In this document: positions 1 to 11,554 of the stretch, piece after piece
Layout of the letters: every line of letters begins with the position of its first letter
Numbering within the stretch: the stretch's first letter is position 1
From: Minisyncoccota bacterium
GTDB lineage: Bacteria; Patescibacteriota; Minisyncoccia; JAHIHE01; JAGLIN01
Assembly (NCBI GenBank): GCA_041661265.1
Contig: JBAZUT010000005.1
Coordinates: 27,038-91,037, forward strand
Length of the DNA: 64,000 nucleotides
Direction: 5' to 3'
Position numbers and translations under genes: made by a program
Notes under the pieces: model-generated
Told to the model about the DNA's origin: nothing
Databases searched by the model: none
Seen by the model: only the letters and a program-made list of their open reading frames with translations

Positions 1-177
1 GGAAATGTATTCGCGGGAGAGATTCTTCTGGTTGTTATCATGACACTTGCACCGTTCATCGCTCCGCTTCCTTTTTTCGCACTCGAACTTTTCGTAGGAT
101 TCATCCAGGCTCTGGTCTTTTCAATGCTTACTCTTGTATTCCTTAAAACGGCAGTGACGGCTCACGTGGAACACTAA
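1..177 (+). CDS. atpB: F0F1 ATP synthase subunit a, C-terminal fragment (5' end lies outside the window)
   Basis: Frame 1 reads ...GNVFAGEILLVVIMTLAPFIAPLPFFALELFVGFIQALVFSMLTLVFLKTAVTAHVEH*, which is the conserved C-terminal helices of subunit a; it sits directly upstream of atpE. Confidence 0.8.
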   Translation, partial: GNVFAGEILLVVIMTLAPFIAPLPFFALELFVGFIQALVFSMLTLVFLKTAVTAHVEH

Positions 178-193
178 ATAAATTTATATATAA

Positions 194-445
<252 letters not shown>

Positions 446-452
446 TGAGCTC

Positions 453-489
453 GAGGGGGAGGAATACTCCCCCTCTTAGCTTGTTTTGG
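453..489 (+). terminator. GC-rich hairpin (gaggggg/ccccctc stem, 9-nt loop) followed by a T-rich tract just after atpE; intrinsic terminator or attenuator
   Basis: A perfect 7-bp stem at 453-459/469-475 is followed by ttagcttgttttgg, in an otherwise AT-rich spacer. Confidence 0.45.
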
Positions 490-765
490 CCCTTTGTATA
501 ATTATATGGCGAAGAATTGTTGATGCACGCGGAATAGGATGAGTTTTAGAATGCCGATTATAATTTCCAATTGTCAATGATCAATTATCAATAAATTTCC
601 AATGTTCAATTGTTCCAATAGCAAACCTTATATAATTGAATATTGTAAATTGAGATTTGATTGAAAATTGTGAATTGAAAATTGATAATTTCGTGTTCTG
701 AATGTTTGTTTTGATTTTTTATTTTAAAATGAAATAGTGCTTAATAACAGTAATAATAAATATAT

Positions 766-1263
766 ATGTCCGAAATATTCGAAAAATTGGGAATAGACGC
801 AAAGCTCCTTATCTCGCAGATCGTAAATTTCATGCTACTTCTCATTATCCTGCAATATGTGGCCTATAAACCCATACTGAAAATGCTCAGGGAAAGAACC
901 GAAAAGATAGACAAGAGCCTGAAGCAGGCGCTGAAGATCGAAGAGGAACTGAAAAATACGGAAGAAACAAAGCTTTCCGAGATCAAGAAAGCAAAAGAAG
1001 ATGCCCAGAAGATCATCAAAGAAGCGCACGAAACAGCGGAGAAAAAATCCCTTGAGGCTATAGAAAAAACGAAAGAAAAAACGAAAGAAATAGTCGAAAA
1101 GGCAAAACTCGAGATCAAGGCGGAAAAAGACAATACCATAAGAGAAGCGAAAAAAGAGATCGTACAGCTTTCCATCGAGATCGCGAAAAAAGTCATCGGA
1201 GACAGTATTGACGAAGAGAACGAAAAAAAATCCATCAACGAAACATTGTCCAAGATAAAATAA
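766..1263 (+). CDS. atpF: F0F1 ATP synthase subunit b
   Basis: N-terminal transmembrane helix followed by a long charged K/E-rich coiled-coil; operon position. Confidence 0.8.
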   Translation: MSEIFEKLGIDAKLLISQIVNFMLLLIILQYVAYKPILKMLRERTEKIDKSLKQALKIEEELKNTEETKLSEIKKAKEDAQKIIKEAHETAEKKSLEAIEKTKEKTKEIVEKAKLEIKAEKDNTIREAKKEIVQLSIEIAKKVIGDSIDEENEKKSINETLSKIK

Positions 1264-1281
1264 CCGAAATAGCCCAATAAT

Positions 1282-1668
1282 ATGAAAATCACGCCAAAAC
1301 AATATGCACTGAGCCTTTATGAATCTACGCAGAATTGCGATAAGGATGAGATCTCGAAAAGGATCTTGAGCTTCATAGATGTCTTAAGAAAGAACAATGA
1401 TCTGTCGCAGACAAACAAGATCATACAATACTACTACCAGCACTATAGGCAGGTGAAAAATATAACCAAGATCGAGATAAAAAGCAGCGAAAAGCTCGGG
1501 CCCAATATCATAAGCAAGATCCTGGAGAAATTCAATAAGCAGGTGGAGATCGAGGAAAAGATAGACCCCGCGCTTATCGGAGGAGTTGTCATCAGGATTA
1601 ATGACAATATTCTCATAGACGGAAGCATAAAGAGAAAGCTTGAAGATATCAAAGAAAAATTGGCATAA
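1282..1668 (+). CDS. atpH: F0F1 ATP synthase subunit delta (OSCP), short form
   Basis: 128-aa protein between atpF and atpA; C-terminal IDPALIGGVVIRINDNILIDGSIKRKLEDI matches the delta/OSCP C-terminal motif. Confidence 0.75.
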   Translation: MKITPKQYALSLYESTQNCDKDEISKRILSFIDVLRKNNDLSQTNKIIQYYYQHYRQVKNITKIEIKSSEKLGPNIISKILEKFNKQVEIEEKIDPALIGGVVIRINDNILIDGSIKRKLEDIKEKLA

Positions 1669-1701
1669 ATAATGATAATTTTATTTTTTAAACGCAAATA
1701 A

Positions 1702-3198
1702 ATGAACAGCCATATAATTGAAACGCTGAAAAAGGAAATCGCAAAAACAAAGCTCGATACTCAGCTTGAGAAAGTCGGCCAGGTCATAAAGATCAGCGAC
1801 GGAGTAGCGACGCTCAGCGGGCTCACCGACGCCATGAGCGGAGAACTTCTCGAATTCCCGGGAAAGATCTTCGGAGTTGCATTGAATCTCGAAGAAGATT
1901 CTGTCGGCGCCATGATCCTCGGAGACTATCTCAAGATAAAAGAAGGAGACACAGTGAAAAGCACGGGAAGGATACTCGAGGTGCCGGTCGGGAAAAATAT
2001 GATCGGCAGGGTCGTCAACGCACTCGGCCAGGCCATCGACGGAAAAGGCGAAATAAAATCCGACAAGTTCTATCCGGTTGAAAAAACAGCTCCCGGAGTC
2101 ATCAAGAGAAAATCAGTCAACACTCCGCTTCAAACAGGCATAAAAGCCATCGATTCCATGATCCCGATCGGAAGAGGCCAGAGAGAACTGATCATCGGAG
2201 ACAGACAGACGGGAAAAACCGCCATTGCGATCGACACTATAATCAATCAGAAAGGCAAGGATGTTATCTGTATCTATGTTGCCATCGGACAGAAAGGATC
2301 CAAGATCGCCAAGATCGTAGCAAAACTGGAAGAAAGCGGCGCAATGGATCACACAGTTGTCGTTCTTGCGAGCGCTTCAGATCCGGCATCGATGTCATTC
2401 ATCGCTCCCTATGCGGGATGCGCGATCGGAGAATATTTCATGGACCAGGGAAAAGACGCGATGATCATTTATGACGACCTGAGCAAACACGCATGGGCGT
2501 ACAGGCAAGTGTCGCTGATCCTCCGCAGGCCCCCGGGAAGAGAAGCATATCCGGGAGATATATTCTATCTGCATTCAAGGCTCCTTGAGAGAGCTTCAAA
2601 ATTGGATGAAAAATATGGCGGCGGTTCGCTTACGGCACTTCCGATAATCGAAACACAGGCGGGAGACGTCAGCGCCTACATTCCGACCAACGTCATCTCC
2701 ATCACCGACGGACAGATATTCCTTGAGACCGATCTCTTTTATCAGGGAATAAGGCCCGCCATAAATCCGGGAATATCCGTTTCCAGGGTGGGATCCAGCG
2801 CGCAGACCAAAGCCATGAAGAAAGTTGCCGGAAAGCTCAGGCTGGAACTGGCTCAGTTCAGAGAACTGGCGGCATTCGCTCAATTCTCCAGCGATCTGGA
2901 CAAGGAAACAAAGGACAAGATCGAAAGAGGAAAAAGGCTTACTGAAGTTCTGAAACAGACGCAATACAGTCCCCTTTCCATGGAACAGCAGGTTGCGATC
3001 ATTTTTGCGACGATCAATGGCTATCTCGATGACGTCGAAGTTGAGAAAGTGAAAGAATTCGAAAGATCCCTGCTCGAATATCTGAATGAGAAGAACAGCG
3101 ATATCATCAAAAAGATCGCAGCCGATAAAGATCTCAGCGAAGAAACCGTGGGCAAGCTGAAAAGCGCCATTGAGGAATTCAAGAAGAAATTCATCTGA
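1702..3198 (+). CDS. atpA: F0F1 ATP synthase subunit alpha
   Basis: P-loop GDRQTGKT plus highly conserved alpha-subunit blocks ([26 protein letters not shown]). Confidence 0.95.
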   Translation: MNSHIIETLKKEIAKTKLDTQLEKVGQVIKISDGVATLSGLTDAMSGELLEFPGKIFGVALNLEEDSVGAMILGDYLKIKEGDTVKSTGRILEVPVGKNMIGRVVNALGQAIDGKGEIKSDKFYPVEKTAPGVIKRKSVNTPLQTGIKAIDSMIPIGRGQRELIIGDRQTGKTAIAIDTIINQKGKDVICIYVAIGQKGSKIAKIVAKLEESGAMDHTVVVLASASDPASMSFIAPYAGCAIGEYFMDQGKDAMIIYDDLSKHAWAYRQVSLILRRPPGREAYPGDIFYLHSRLLERASKLDEKYGGGSLTALPIIETQAGDVSAYIPTNVISITDGQIFLETDLFYQGIRPAINPGISVSRVGSSAQTKAMKKVAGKLRLELAQFRELAAFAQFSSDLDKETKDKIERGKRLTEVLKQTQYSPLSMEQQVAIIFATINGYLDDVEVEKVKEFERSLLEYLNEKNSDIIKKIAADKDLSEETVGKLKSAIEEFKKKFI

Positions 3199-3247
3199 AC
3201 CCCATTCTTTGTTAAAATGTCAGTATGCTAAAATGTTAAAATGATTT

Positions 3248-4156
3248 ATGCAGTCAACCCGACAGATCAGAAGACAAATACAATCGATAAAAAGCACTTC
3301 ACAGATCACGAAAGCGATGCAGATGGTGGCTGCGTCCAAGATGAGAAAAAGCCAGGAAACGGCGCTTATGGCAAGACCGTATGCGCAAGCTGCACTGAAA
3401 CTGCTTGAGAATGTCAGTGAATCGGTCGAGCCCAAACAGCATAGCCTCCTGGAGAATAGGGACGTCAAAAATGTGTGCATACTTGTCGTCTCTTCGGACA
3501 AAGGTCTTTGTGGCGGACTGAACAGCAATGTCATCAGAGAGACGCTAAAGATCATGGAGCAGCATAAGAGCAAAAACATCTCGCTGATCACTGTTGGAAA
3601 AAAAGCTGAGAACTATTTCAGAAAAACCAAGAAAATTTCCGCTTCTTTTTCCGGCTTCGGGGATACGATCGAACTCAAGGAGACTCTCCCGCTTTCAAGG
3701 GTATTATTGGATGATTTCACAAGCAATAAATATGACAAGATCGTTGCCGTATATACCAATTTCGTTTCCACATTGAAACAGGAAGCGAAAGTAAAGAAGC
3801 TTCTCCCGATAACAAAAAGAAGCATAGAGGAAACGATCGAAGAAATCGAAGACATGGCCATTAAAAATAATAATGGAGAGAAAAATGGCGGAAACGGCAT
3901 CGAATACAAATTCGAGCCTTCAGCCGATGAGGTGCTTTGCAGGCTCCTTCCTAATCTCGTTGAAACGCAAGTTTATCATATCGTGCTGGAATCGAATGCT
4001 TCGGAACACAGCGCAAGGATGGTGGCAATGAAAAGCGCGACCGATAACGCCCGGGAAATACTCGGCGACCTGAAACTTTCGTATAACTATATCAGGCAGC
4101 AGAAGATCACGCAGGAAATAAGCGAAATATCGGCAGGCGTGGCGGCGCAGGAATAA
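3248..4156 (+). CDS. atpG: F0F1 ATP synthase subunit gamma
   Basis: N-terminus IRRQIQSIKSTSQITKAMQMVAASKMRK and C-terminus ITQEISEISAGVAAQE are typical of gamma. Confidence 0.9.
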   Translation: MQSTRQIRRQIQSIKSTSQITKAMQMVAASKMRKSQETALMARPYAQAALKLLENVSESVEPKQHSLLENRDVKNVCILVVSSDKGLCGGLNSNVIRETLKIMEQHKSKNISLITVGKKAENYFRKTKKISASFSGFGDTIELKETLPLSRVLLDDFTSNKYDKIVAVYTNFVSTLKQEAKVKKLLPITKRSIEETIEEIEDMAIKNNNGEKNGGNGIEYKFEPSADEVLCRLLPNLVETQVYHIVLESNASEHSARMVAMKSATDNAREILGDLKLSYNYIRQQKITQEISEISAGVAAQE

Positions 4157-4405
4157 GCCACCGGATCTGCTTTGTGGCTCTAAGTCTGTTCTAATGAAAC
4201 AACTCGCATTCCGACAATCGTTCAGATATAATTCAAAAATTAAAAATCAAAATGCAAAATTGCAATGTAAAATTAAAAATTATTAAAGTTTTGATTTTTG
4301 GAATGTAATTTTGATTTTTGATCTTTGAACTTTGATCTACCCGCAATAAATATGGTCAAATCCCAAAACAACTAGTGATAATTCTTATAAATCTTAATAT
4401 GTTAA

Positions 4406-5791
<1,386 letters not shown>

Positions 5792-5807
5792 AAAAGAGTG
5801 ATGTTGA

Positions 5808-6227
5808 TCACTCAAGATAATATTTTTCATAGACATCCGCAGACCATCTGAAAGACTCCCCTATCGAATGCAAAGACAGCACCCTGCATATCTGTGTTTC
5901 ATTGCTTTTAATGAATTCCAGAAGCTTGCTTATCTCATCTTTACTGAAATTGTCCAGATCCGGAGTGCTGCGTTTTGCCAATCTTGACATACCCGGAATA
6001 AAATTGCACATGATACCTATGTTTTCACGAAGACAGATGCCGCAATCTTTCACTATTATGAGCCACTGATTAATATTACCCTTCTTATACAGCACAGCCT
6101 CCTTCAGCTCAAACATGGCTATGAAATTTGCGAGTTCAGATCTCTCGTCTGCGATTTTTCTCCTTTCTTCACCCTTCTGTATCTTGAATCCATTATATTC
6201 TTCCTTTCTCGACGTTAAATCTGCCAT
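5808..6227 (-). CDS. hypothetical protein on the opposite strand between atpD and atpC
   Basis: 139-aa ORF with no recognisable family motif; it fills most of the 526-bp atpD–atpC gap on the reverse strand. Confidence 0.45.
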   Translation of the reverse strand: MADLTSRKEEYNGFKIQKGEERRKIADERSELANFIAMFELKEAVLYKKGNINQWLIIVKDCGICLRENIGIMCNFIPGMSRLAKRSTPDLDNFSKDEISKLLEFIKSNETQICRVLSLHSIGESFRWSADVYEKYYLE

Positions 6228-6317
6228 ATTTTTCCTCCACTCAAATATTAGATACTTTTACAGCCTGTGTCAAGCATCAAGAGATGCGCCATCAAGTTTA
6301 AATGCTAATATGATATT

Positions 6318-6728
6318 ATGAAAATTAAATTGAAAATAATAACCCCGGAAAAGATCGCATATGAAGGAGAGGCTGATCAAGTTACGATACCGACGCATGA
6401 CGGAGAAATAACCGTGCTTGCAAACCACATACCTCTCGTCAGTTCCATGAAACACGGCGAACTAATCGTTAGGAACGACGGAAAAGACATCTTTCTGGCA
6501 GTATATAACGGTTTTATCGAGATAAAGAAAAACGAGATGGTCATAATGACGGATATTGCGGACAGGATCGCAGAAATAGACGAGCAGAAAGCGGAAGAGG
6601 CAAGAAGGAAGGCTGAAGAACTCCTAAAGACGAAAGATATGCTCTCGGACGTTGCCTTTGCCGATGCGACTGCAGCACTGGAAAAATCATTGGCAAGACT
6701 CAAGGTTGCCAGAAGGAAAAAGCATTGA
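6318..6728 (+). CDS. atpC: F0F1 ATP synthase subunit epsilon
   Basis: N-terminal beta-sandwich (KIKLKIITPEKIAYEGEADQVTIPTHDGEITVLANHIPL) followed by a helical C-terminus. Confidence 0.85.
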   Translation: MKIKLKIITPEKIAYEGEADQVTIPTHDGEITVLANHIPLVSSMKHGELIVRNDGKDIFLAVYNGFIEIKKNEMVIMTDIADRIAEIDEQKAEEARRKAEELLKTKDMLSDVAFADATAALEKSLARLKVARRKKH

Positions 6729-6747
6729 TCGGAAAATAACAACAGTA

Positions 6748-7686
6748 ATGACGATAAAAGAGGCGCTTAAGTCAGCGACAGATAGGCTGAGATCCAGTAA
6801 TTCCCCTTCCGCATATCTTGATGCGGAAGTTTTACTTTTGCATGCGCTTAGAAGAAAGAAAGATGTTCGCGATAAAAGCTGGGTCTATATCAACAGTAAT
6901 TACGATCTCTCAAGAAAAGAAGAGGCGTCGTTCTTCGGTTTTATAAGCAGAAGATGTCTTCATGAGCCGGTGGCTTATATCATCGAGAAAAAAGAATTCT
7001 ATGGATATGACTTTTATGTGAACGAAAATGCCCTTATTCCGCGTCCTGAAACGGAAATGATAGTAAGCGAGGTATTGGAAACGATCAGATCGAAAAAGGA
7101 ATGCGGTTGTAAATTCGACCTGTTGGATATCGGCACAGGATCCGGATGCATAATCATAAGCGTCTTGAATGAACTTGCCAAGACACATCGGCAAAAACTG
7201 GTCCATTCAGCGATCGCTAATGATATTTCAAAAAAAGCGATCGAGGTGGCGGAAAGAAACTCAAGAAAATACCGTTTAAATAAAAAAATAAGGTTCATTT
7301 GCGAAGACTTTTCCGATATGCTCAGGGATAAGGATCTTATCGACCGCTCAAGAAGATTAATAATCACAGCGAATCTCCCTTATATAAGAACCGACGGATA
7401 TGATAGACTTCTCAGCAGCGTCAAATATGAACCCAGATCTGCCCTGGTTGGAGGGAAGGATGGCCTAAAATTCATAACAAAGCTCATAAATAATGTCGCG
7501 AAGCTTAAAAAGAATGCCAATAGCGACATAATCATGTTTATTGAATCGGATCCCGAACAGATAAACATCATCAAAAAACTAGCGCGCGGATCATTACCGG
7601 ACAGTGAAAGTGTCATTCTGAAAGACCTGAGCAAGAAAAGAAGGTTTGTAAAGATCGAACTGAAAAATGATAGACAATGCAAATAA
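6748..7686 (+). CDS. prmC: release-factor glutamine N5-methyltransferase (PrmC/HemK-like, SAM-dependent)
   Basis: Carries the DIGTGSGCI SAM motif and an NLPY (NPPY-type) catalytic motif. The track ORF starts at 6652 and overlaps atpC; the ATG at 6748 (MTIKEALK...) is the more plausible start. Confidence 0.7.
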   Translation: MTIKEALKSATDRLRSSNSPSAYLDAEVLLLHALRRKKDVRDKSWVYINSNYDLSRKEEASFFGFISRRCLHEPVAYIIEKKEFYGYDFYVNENALIPRPETEMIVSEVLETIRSKKECGCKFDLLDIGTGSGCIIISVLNELAKTHRQKLVHSAIANDISKKAIEVAERNSRKYRLNKKIRFICEDFSDMLRDKDLIDRSRRLIITANLPYIRTDGYDRLLSSVKYEPRSALVGGKDGLKFITKLINNVAKLKKNANSDIIMFIESDPEQINIIKKLARGSLPDSESVILKDLSKKRRFVKIELKNDRQCK

Positions 7687-7690
7687 CATA

Positions 7691-7728
7691 AAACACGACC
7701 CAATTCAAATGATCGTGTTTTATTTTTA
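7691..7728 (+). terminator. intrinsic terminator after prmC
   Basis: Hairpin aaacacgacc...gatcgtgttt followed by tatttttat. Confidence 0.5.
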
Positions 7729-7747
7729 TATGCAACAAAAACTTAAA

Positions 7748-7837
7748 CTATCTTTTTTTCTTCTTTGATGCTTTTCTCTTTACAGTTCTTCTCTTGGTAG
7801 TTTTTTTCTTTGCAGCTTTTTTCTTCTTCGTTGCCAC
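7748..7837 (-). CDS. candidate small ORF (29 aa, extremely Lys/Arg-rich) with a strong SD; speculative
   Basis: On the minus strand, GGAAGGGGG is followed 9 nt later by GTG, opening VATKKKKAAKKKTTKRRTVKRKASKKKKR*. It is too short for the supplied ORF track. Confidence 0.25.
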   Translation of the reverse strand: MATKKKKAAKKKTTKRRTVKRKASKKKKR

Positions 7838-8153
7838 TTGAAACCACCCCCTTCCTTTTTTGTTTAATGATAACCAATCTCATATGACGAGATCGATAGA
7901 CATATTATTTTGTTTATATTTTTATTATACATGATATTATAATTAAATGCAATAATATGCAAGATCCATGCGCTGAATCGCAACATATCGATGCAGAAAA
8001 CACTGTTATAAGAAAAACTTTCTGGGATATTTTTCCAACTGCCTCAGACTCAAGGCGTTGATCTTCGCATCGGATCATAATTGGCGATAGACCTGGTCTG
8101 GCTTGAAAAATTATTCCGCTTTCCCCTTTTTTACTCTTATCTTAGCTAAATTC

Positions 8154-8182
8154 TTGCCTCATAGCCCGAATTGTGATAGTAT
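8154..8182 (+). promoter_or_regulatory. sigma70-like promoter (TTGCCT, 17-nt spacer, TAGTAT) upstream of the 8243 gene
   Basis: -35/-10-like hexamers with 17-nt spacing; the downstream RBS is aagaaaggggg. Confidence 0.4.
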
Positions 8183-8242
8183 TTCAATATAACGAAAGGT
8201 GATCTTTAATAATTAAATTCCTTAAGAAAGGGGGTGAAATAA

Positions 8243-8917
8243 ATGCAGGAAACAGAAATCGATATAATAAGCACTGATGAACCGGGAATGGTAGAAAAAA
8301 TAAAGAATTGGGCTTACGACAACTGGCAGACCATACTTGTCGTGCTGATAGTCCTGATAGTAGGCATGAGCGCATATAATTACAATCAGAATGGAACCGC
8401 CTTGGAAGAGAAAAACAGCTCTGCAGTCGCCGGTAAAGATGATAGTTCATCGAATGGCAATGAAAACACAGTCGTGGCAGAAAACACCGACACTGCCGAT
8501 AAAAACGAAGGCACGGAAGCTTCAGCGGAAACAAAGGACCAAAACAATGCATCCGCGGAAGATTCATCGGTTTTGACGAACAGCACGGAAAACGTAAATA
8601 CCGAAAGTAATACAGTTACATCGGCTATAGACGATAGCGGTAAAAAATATACAGTAACGGCCGTCAAGGGAAATGGAATAACACACCTGGCAAGAAAGGC
8701 TCTCGGTGAATACTTGAAGGAAACGGGACAGGGATCGGATCTTACTCCTGAACACAAAATATACATAGAGGACTATATTCAGAACAGAACCGGCAATCAG
8801 AAAGTTTCAGTGGGACAGCAGCAATCCTTCTCTGAAAGCCTTATCACGGATGCAATTTCAAGTGCTAAAACTCTTTCGCCAAAATCGTTGGAAAATCTGC
8901 AAAAATACATAAAATGA
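8243..8917 (+). CDS. hypothetical membrane-anchored protein with a low-complexity S/T/N/E-rich exodomain
   Basis: Acidic N-terminus, one transmembrane helix (ILVVLIVLIVGMSAY), a long low-complexity region, then a short globular C-terminus; good RBS. Confidence 0.6.
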   Translation: MQETEIDIISTDEPGMVEKIKNWAYDNWQTILVVLIVLIVGMSAYNYNQNGTALEEKNSSAVAGKDDSSSNGNENTVVAENTDTADKNEGTEASAETKDQNNASAEDSSVLTNSTENVNTESNTVTSAIDDSGKKYTVTAVKGNGITHLARKALGEYLKETGQGSDLTPEHKIYIEDYIQNRTGNQKVSVGQQQSFSESLITDAISSAKTLSPKSLENLQKYIK

Positions 8918-8978
8918 AACGCACTTTAATTTAGAAAACAACGCATTAACATAAATAAACATAAACGCGCGCTAAGAC

Positions 8979-9027
8979 AAAACAAAAAAGAAACCGGCAG
9001 TGATCAAAACTGCCGGTTTCTTCTTAT
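8979..9027. terminator. bidirectional intrinsic terminator between convergent genes
   Basis: aaaccggcag-tgatcaaaa-ctgccggttt hairpin with an A-run upstream and a T/C-run downstream. Confidence 0.55.
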
Positions 9028-9043
9028 ATAAAAGCCATAAAGG

Positions 9044-10483
9044 CTAATCCAGCTCCTTTGAATACAGATCGGCATATAACATAACCCTGTCCGGATAGAA
9101 GAACAGATTCTTGCGTCTCCAGCTTCCTCCGCCAAGATATTGTCCGGCGGCTTCATATTCCGCATCATAGCTCCCGGTCGTAACTCCCGATACTTTTGAA
9201 AGCTTGGTCGCCATTGCAGCCATTGCGTCCGTAAGGTCCCATGGATTCGGCGGATAATGTCCGGATATTTCGCTCACCTCTTCTTCATGCGCCAGCCATG
9301 TGGTCGGTATGAATTGAGCAGGACCCATGGCGCCTCCGCACCCGTAGTTAGGCTCCTTTGAAACATTAACGGAATCAGGTTCTATGCCGAGTTTGTTTAC
9401 GATCTCGAAATATGCATTCCTTTCGTCCTCCGCCCTTTTAATATAATATTTTTTTCGGGACGCGGTTTTCGCGATCTTCGAAATCCTCAAATAGCACTGA
9501 TACATATCGTCATTCCAGTTCCCCGTACCGACATTGACACCCATATCGGATTCAACCTTGAGTATTCCCAGCAGAAACGCCGGGCGGACACCGATCCTGG
9601 CTCCGATATATTTTGCAGCCGCAAATGCATCGGAAAACTTTATTTTACTTCCCATGATCTGAAGATCATGCAGCTTTGCTTTCAGAGAAGGCAATATATT
9701 TTTGTTCTCTTCCAGGATCTGCTGGAATTTCTTTTCCTGTCCTTTTGTGACCTCGAGAAGTTCCGCTTTCTGTTTTTTCAACTCTTCAAAATTATTATTC
9801 TGTTTCGTCTTTATGCCTATGAGTTCCTGATGCTGCAATTGCTCTTCTTCCAGCTCCCCTTCTTTGATCCCCAGATCGTCTTTTTCTTTCTTCAGGGCGG
9901 TTATTGTGTCGTATATCTTGCTTTCCATGGCCTCTGTCGAATTGAATTCATTGAAAAAATCAGATATGTTTTCTCTGGTAAGAAGCGTTTCAAAAATTGA
10001 ATCCTGGTCATAAACATATAAAAGCTTTATATACTCTTTCAGGATCTCCTTATTTCTGATTATCCTGCTCTCACTGTCCACTATTTTGTTTTTTGTATCT
10101 TCGATCCCAAGCTCTATCTCTTCTATCCTTAGTTTCGTTTCCTTCACCTCCAGCTCATTCTTTTTTATATTGTTCTCGTATATGGCCATATCCGTTTTGA
10201 GCGACCTTGCCTTTTTCTGTTGCGCTTTGATCTCGACGGTATAATTGCTGATCTTTGACTGAACATCCTTGATCTCCTGTCTAACCTTGTCCATAGATTC
10301 GTTTATTTCATCCAAATTCACCGATGCCGCATCCGAACCGCTTTCTTCCGCTTCCGCCTGCAAGACCGATGTTCTTCCGACAAGCAACGTTATAGACAGA
10401 ATAAACACAAGAAAACCGCACAACAAAATAGTTCTGCGGCTTCCTGACAATATCAATACTTTGATTTTTAAACCTATTTTCAT
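9044..10483 (-). CDS. membrane-anchored coiled-coil protein with a C-terminal lytic transglycosylase (MltB/SLT-like) domain
   Basis: C-terminal GCGGAMGPAQFIPTTW resembles the MltB-family catalytic motif; the N-terminal ~300 aa is heptad-rich coiled-coil after a transmembrane helix. The track start at 10642 overlaps rplY by 128 nt and encodes K/R junk; the internal ATG at 10483 (MKIGLKIKVLILSG...) is preferred. Confidence 0.6.
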   Translation of the reverse strand: MKIGLKIKVLILSGSRRTILLCGFLVFILSITLLVGRTSVLQAEAEESGSDAASVNLDEINESMDKVRQEIKDVQSKISNYTVEIKAQQKKARSLKTDMAIYENNIKKNELEVKETKLRIEEIELGIEDTKNKIVDSESRIIRNKEILKEYIKLLYVYDQDSIFETLLTRENISDFFNEFNSTEAMESKIYDTITALKKEKDDLGIKEGELEEEQLQHQELIGIKTKQNNNFEELKKQKAELLEVTKGQEKKFQQILEENKNILPSLKAKLHDLQIMGSKIKFSDAFAAAKYIGARIGVRPAFLLGILKVESDMGVNVGTGNWNDDMYQCYLRISKIAKTASRKKYYIKRAEDERNAYFEIVNKLGIEPDSVNVSKEPNYGCGGAMGPAQFIPTTWLAHEEEVSEISGHYPPNPWDLTDAMAAMATKLSKVSGVTTGSYDAEYEAAGQYLGGGSWRRKNLFFYPDRVMLYADLYSKELD

Positions 10484-10514
10484 GGATATTTGGGATATGG
10501 GTATATCTCTTGAA

Positions 10515-11219
10515 TTATCCTTTCTTCTCCTTTTTCTTTTCTTCAGGAGCAGGCGCTTCCGCTTCAGCTTCTTCGCCTTCCTTCTTCTCCTTAGCTTCCA
10601 CCTTCTCAACAGCTTCAACATTCTCTTCAACTTTTCCTTCAAGTTCTTCCATTTCCTTGTCGCTTCTTGGCGGCATCACAGTCACAACCACATTATCGAT
10701 ACCGGTCAGAACCTCGATCTTATCGGAAATTCCAAGATCCTTTACCCTGATCGCATCATTCAGCTTTTCAAGCTTTGAGAGATCAACTATGATCTCATGC
10801 ATAAGATCTCCGGGAAGACACTTTATTTCGATCTTGTCGTGCACCTTTGCGATTATTCCTCCCTCATTCTTCACCGCAAGAGATTCACCCACAAACTTGA
10901 TCGGTATTTTTGCCGTGATCTTCTGATCCATCCTGACCTGATACAGATCAAAGTGAATTATAGCGCCCGAAAGAGGGTCCACTTGGAAATCGCTGATGAC
11001 GATCTTTCCGACGTCCTTTCCTCCGACCTTAAGGTCGACAAGCGTGCTTTCTCCGGCTTTCCTAAAAGTACTTCTAAAATCTTTTTCTTTGATCTTAATA
11101 GCGACATTCTTTGACTTGGGTCCATAAACGATTCCGGGAATGTATCCGCTATTCCTGGTCTTGCTCGGTTTCTCATCCTTGAGATCCCTTACCTCCGCTG
11201 ACATTGTTAAATTTTCCAT
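10515..11219 (-). CDS. rplY: 50S ribosomal protein L25 / general stress protein Ctc, with an acidic E/K-rich C-terminal tail
   Basis: N-terminal block SGYIPGIVYGPKSKNVAIKIKEKDF and overall L25/Ctc beta-barrel pattern. Confidence 0.8.
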   Translation of the reverse strand: MENLTMSAEVRDLKDEKPSKTRNSGYIPGIVYGPKSKNVAIKIKEKDFRSTFRKAGESTLVDLKVGGKDVGKIVISDFQVDPLSGAIIHFDLYQVRMDQKITAKIPIKFVGESLAVKNEGGIIAKVHDKIEIKCLPGDLMHEIIVDLSKLEKLNDAIRVKDLGISDKIEVLTGIDNVVVTVMPPRSDKEMEELEGKVEENVEAVEKVEAKEKKEGEEAEAEAPAPEEKKKEKKG

Positions 11220-11251
11220 ACTATTATCCTTTTTAAATATTTAAATTAATT

Positions 11252-11554
11252 TTATTTGCATTCTTCCAAAAATCTATGCATCTCCAGAACATCGTCATAA
11301 TCAATACTGTTTCCGCTGATCCTCTCGATATCATCCTCAACGATATCAGTCATGGTGCTTACGGAAGTTATCCCGAGAGCCCCCGTCATTATGACCATCA
11401 TAAGCGAGCTTTTACATTGCGTGCAATTCATATATAAAGTTATCAGCCCCTCTTTCTTCTCTATGATCCTAATGTTGTCTTTCTCATACTTAAAATCGCA
11501 CATCGGGCACTTGCTCATAATCTGCAAATTCGGCATTTGATTTGATTTTGACAT
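11252..11554 (-). CDS. small zinc-ribbon protein (CxxC...CxxC), hypothetical
   Basis: KCPMCDF ... NCTQCKS pairs in a 100-aa protein. Confidence 0.45.
   Translation of the reverse strand: MSKSNQMPNLQIMSKCPMCDFKYEKDNIRIIEKKEGLITLYMNCTQCKSSLMMVIMTGALGITSVSTMTDIVEDDIERISGNSIDYDDVLEMHRFLEECK

Noticed and set aside
835-1302. Two long minus-strand ORFs (155 and 142 aa)
   Set aside because: They are antisense to atpF, and their low-complexity F/S-rich translation mirrors the K/E-rich coiled-coil codons.
7938-8153. ~220-bp ORF-free stretch that might hold an RNA gene (RNase P, SRP, tmRNA, tRNA)
   Set aside because: None of the conserved cores I know (tRNA cloverleaf/T-loop GTTCRANYC, tmRNA GGGG 5' end, SRP helix-8, RNase P P4) is recognisable by eye. 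It is left unannotated.
10510-10926. 138-aa S-rich plus-strand ORF
   Set aside because: It is antisense to the rplY acidic tail, and the low complexity is inherited from the sense strand.
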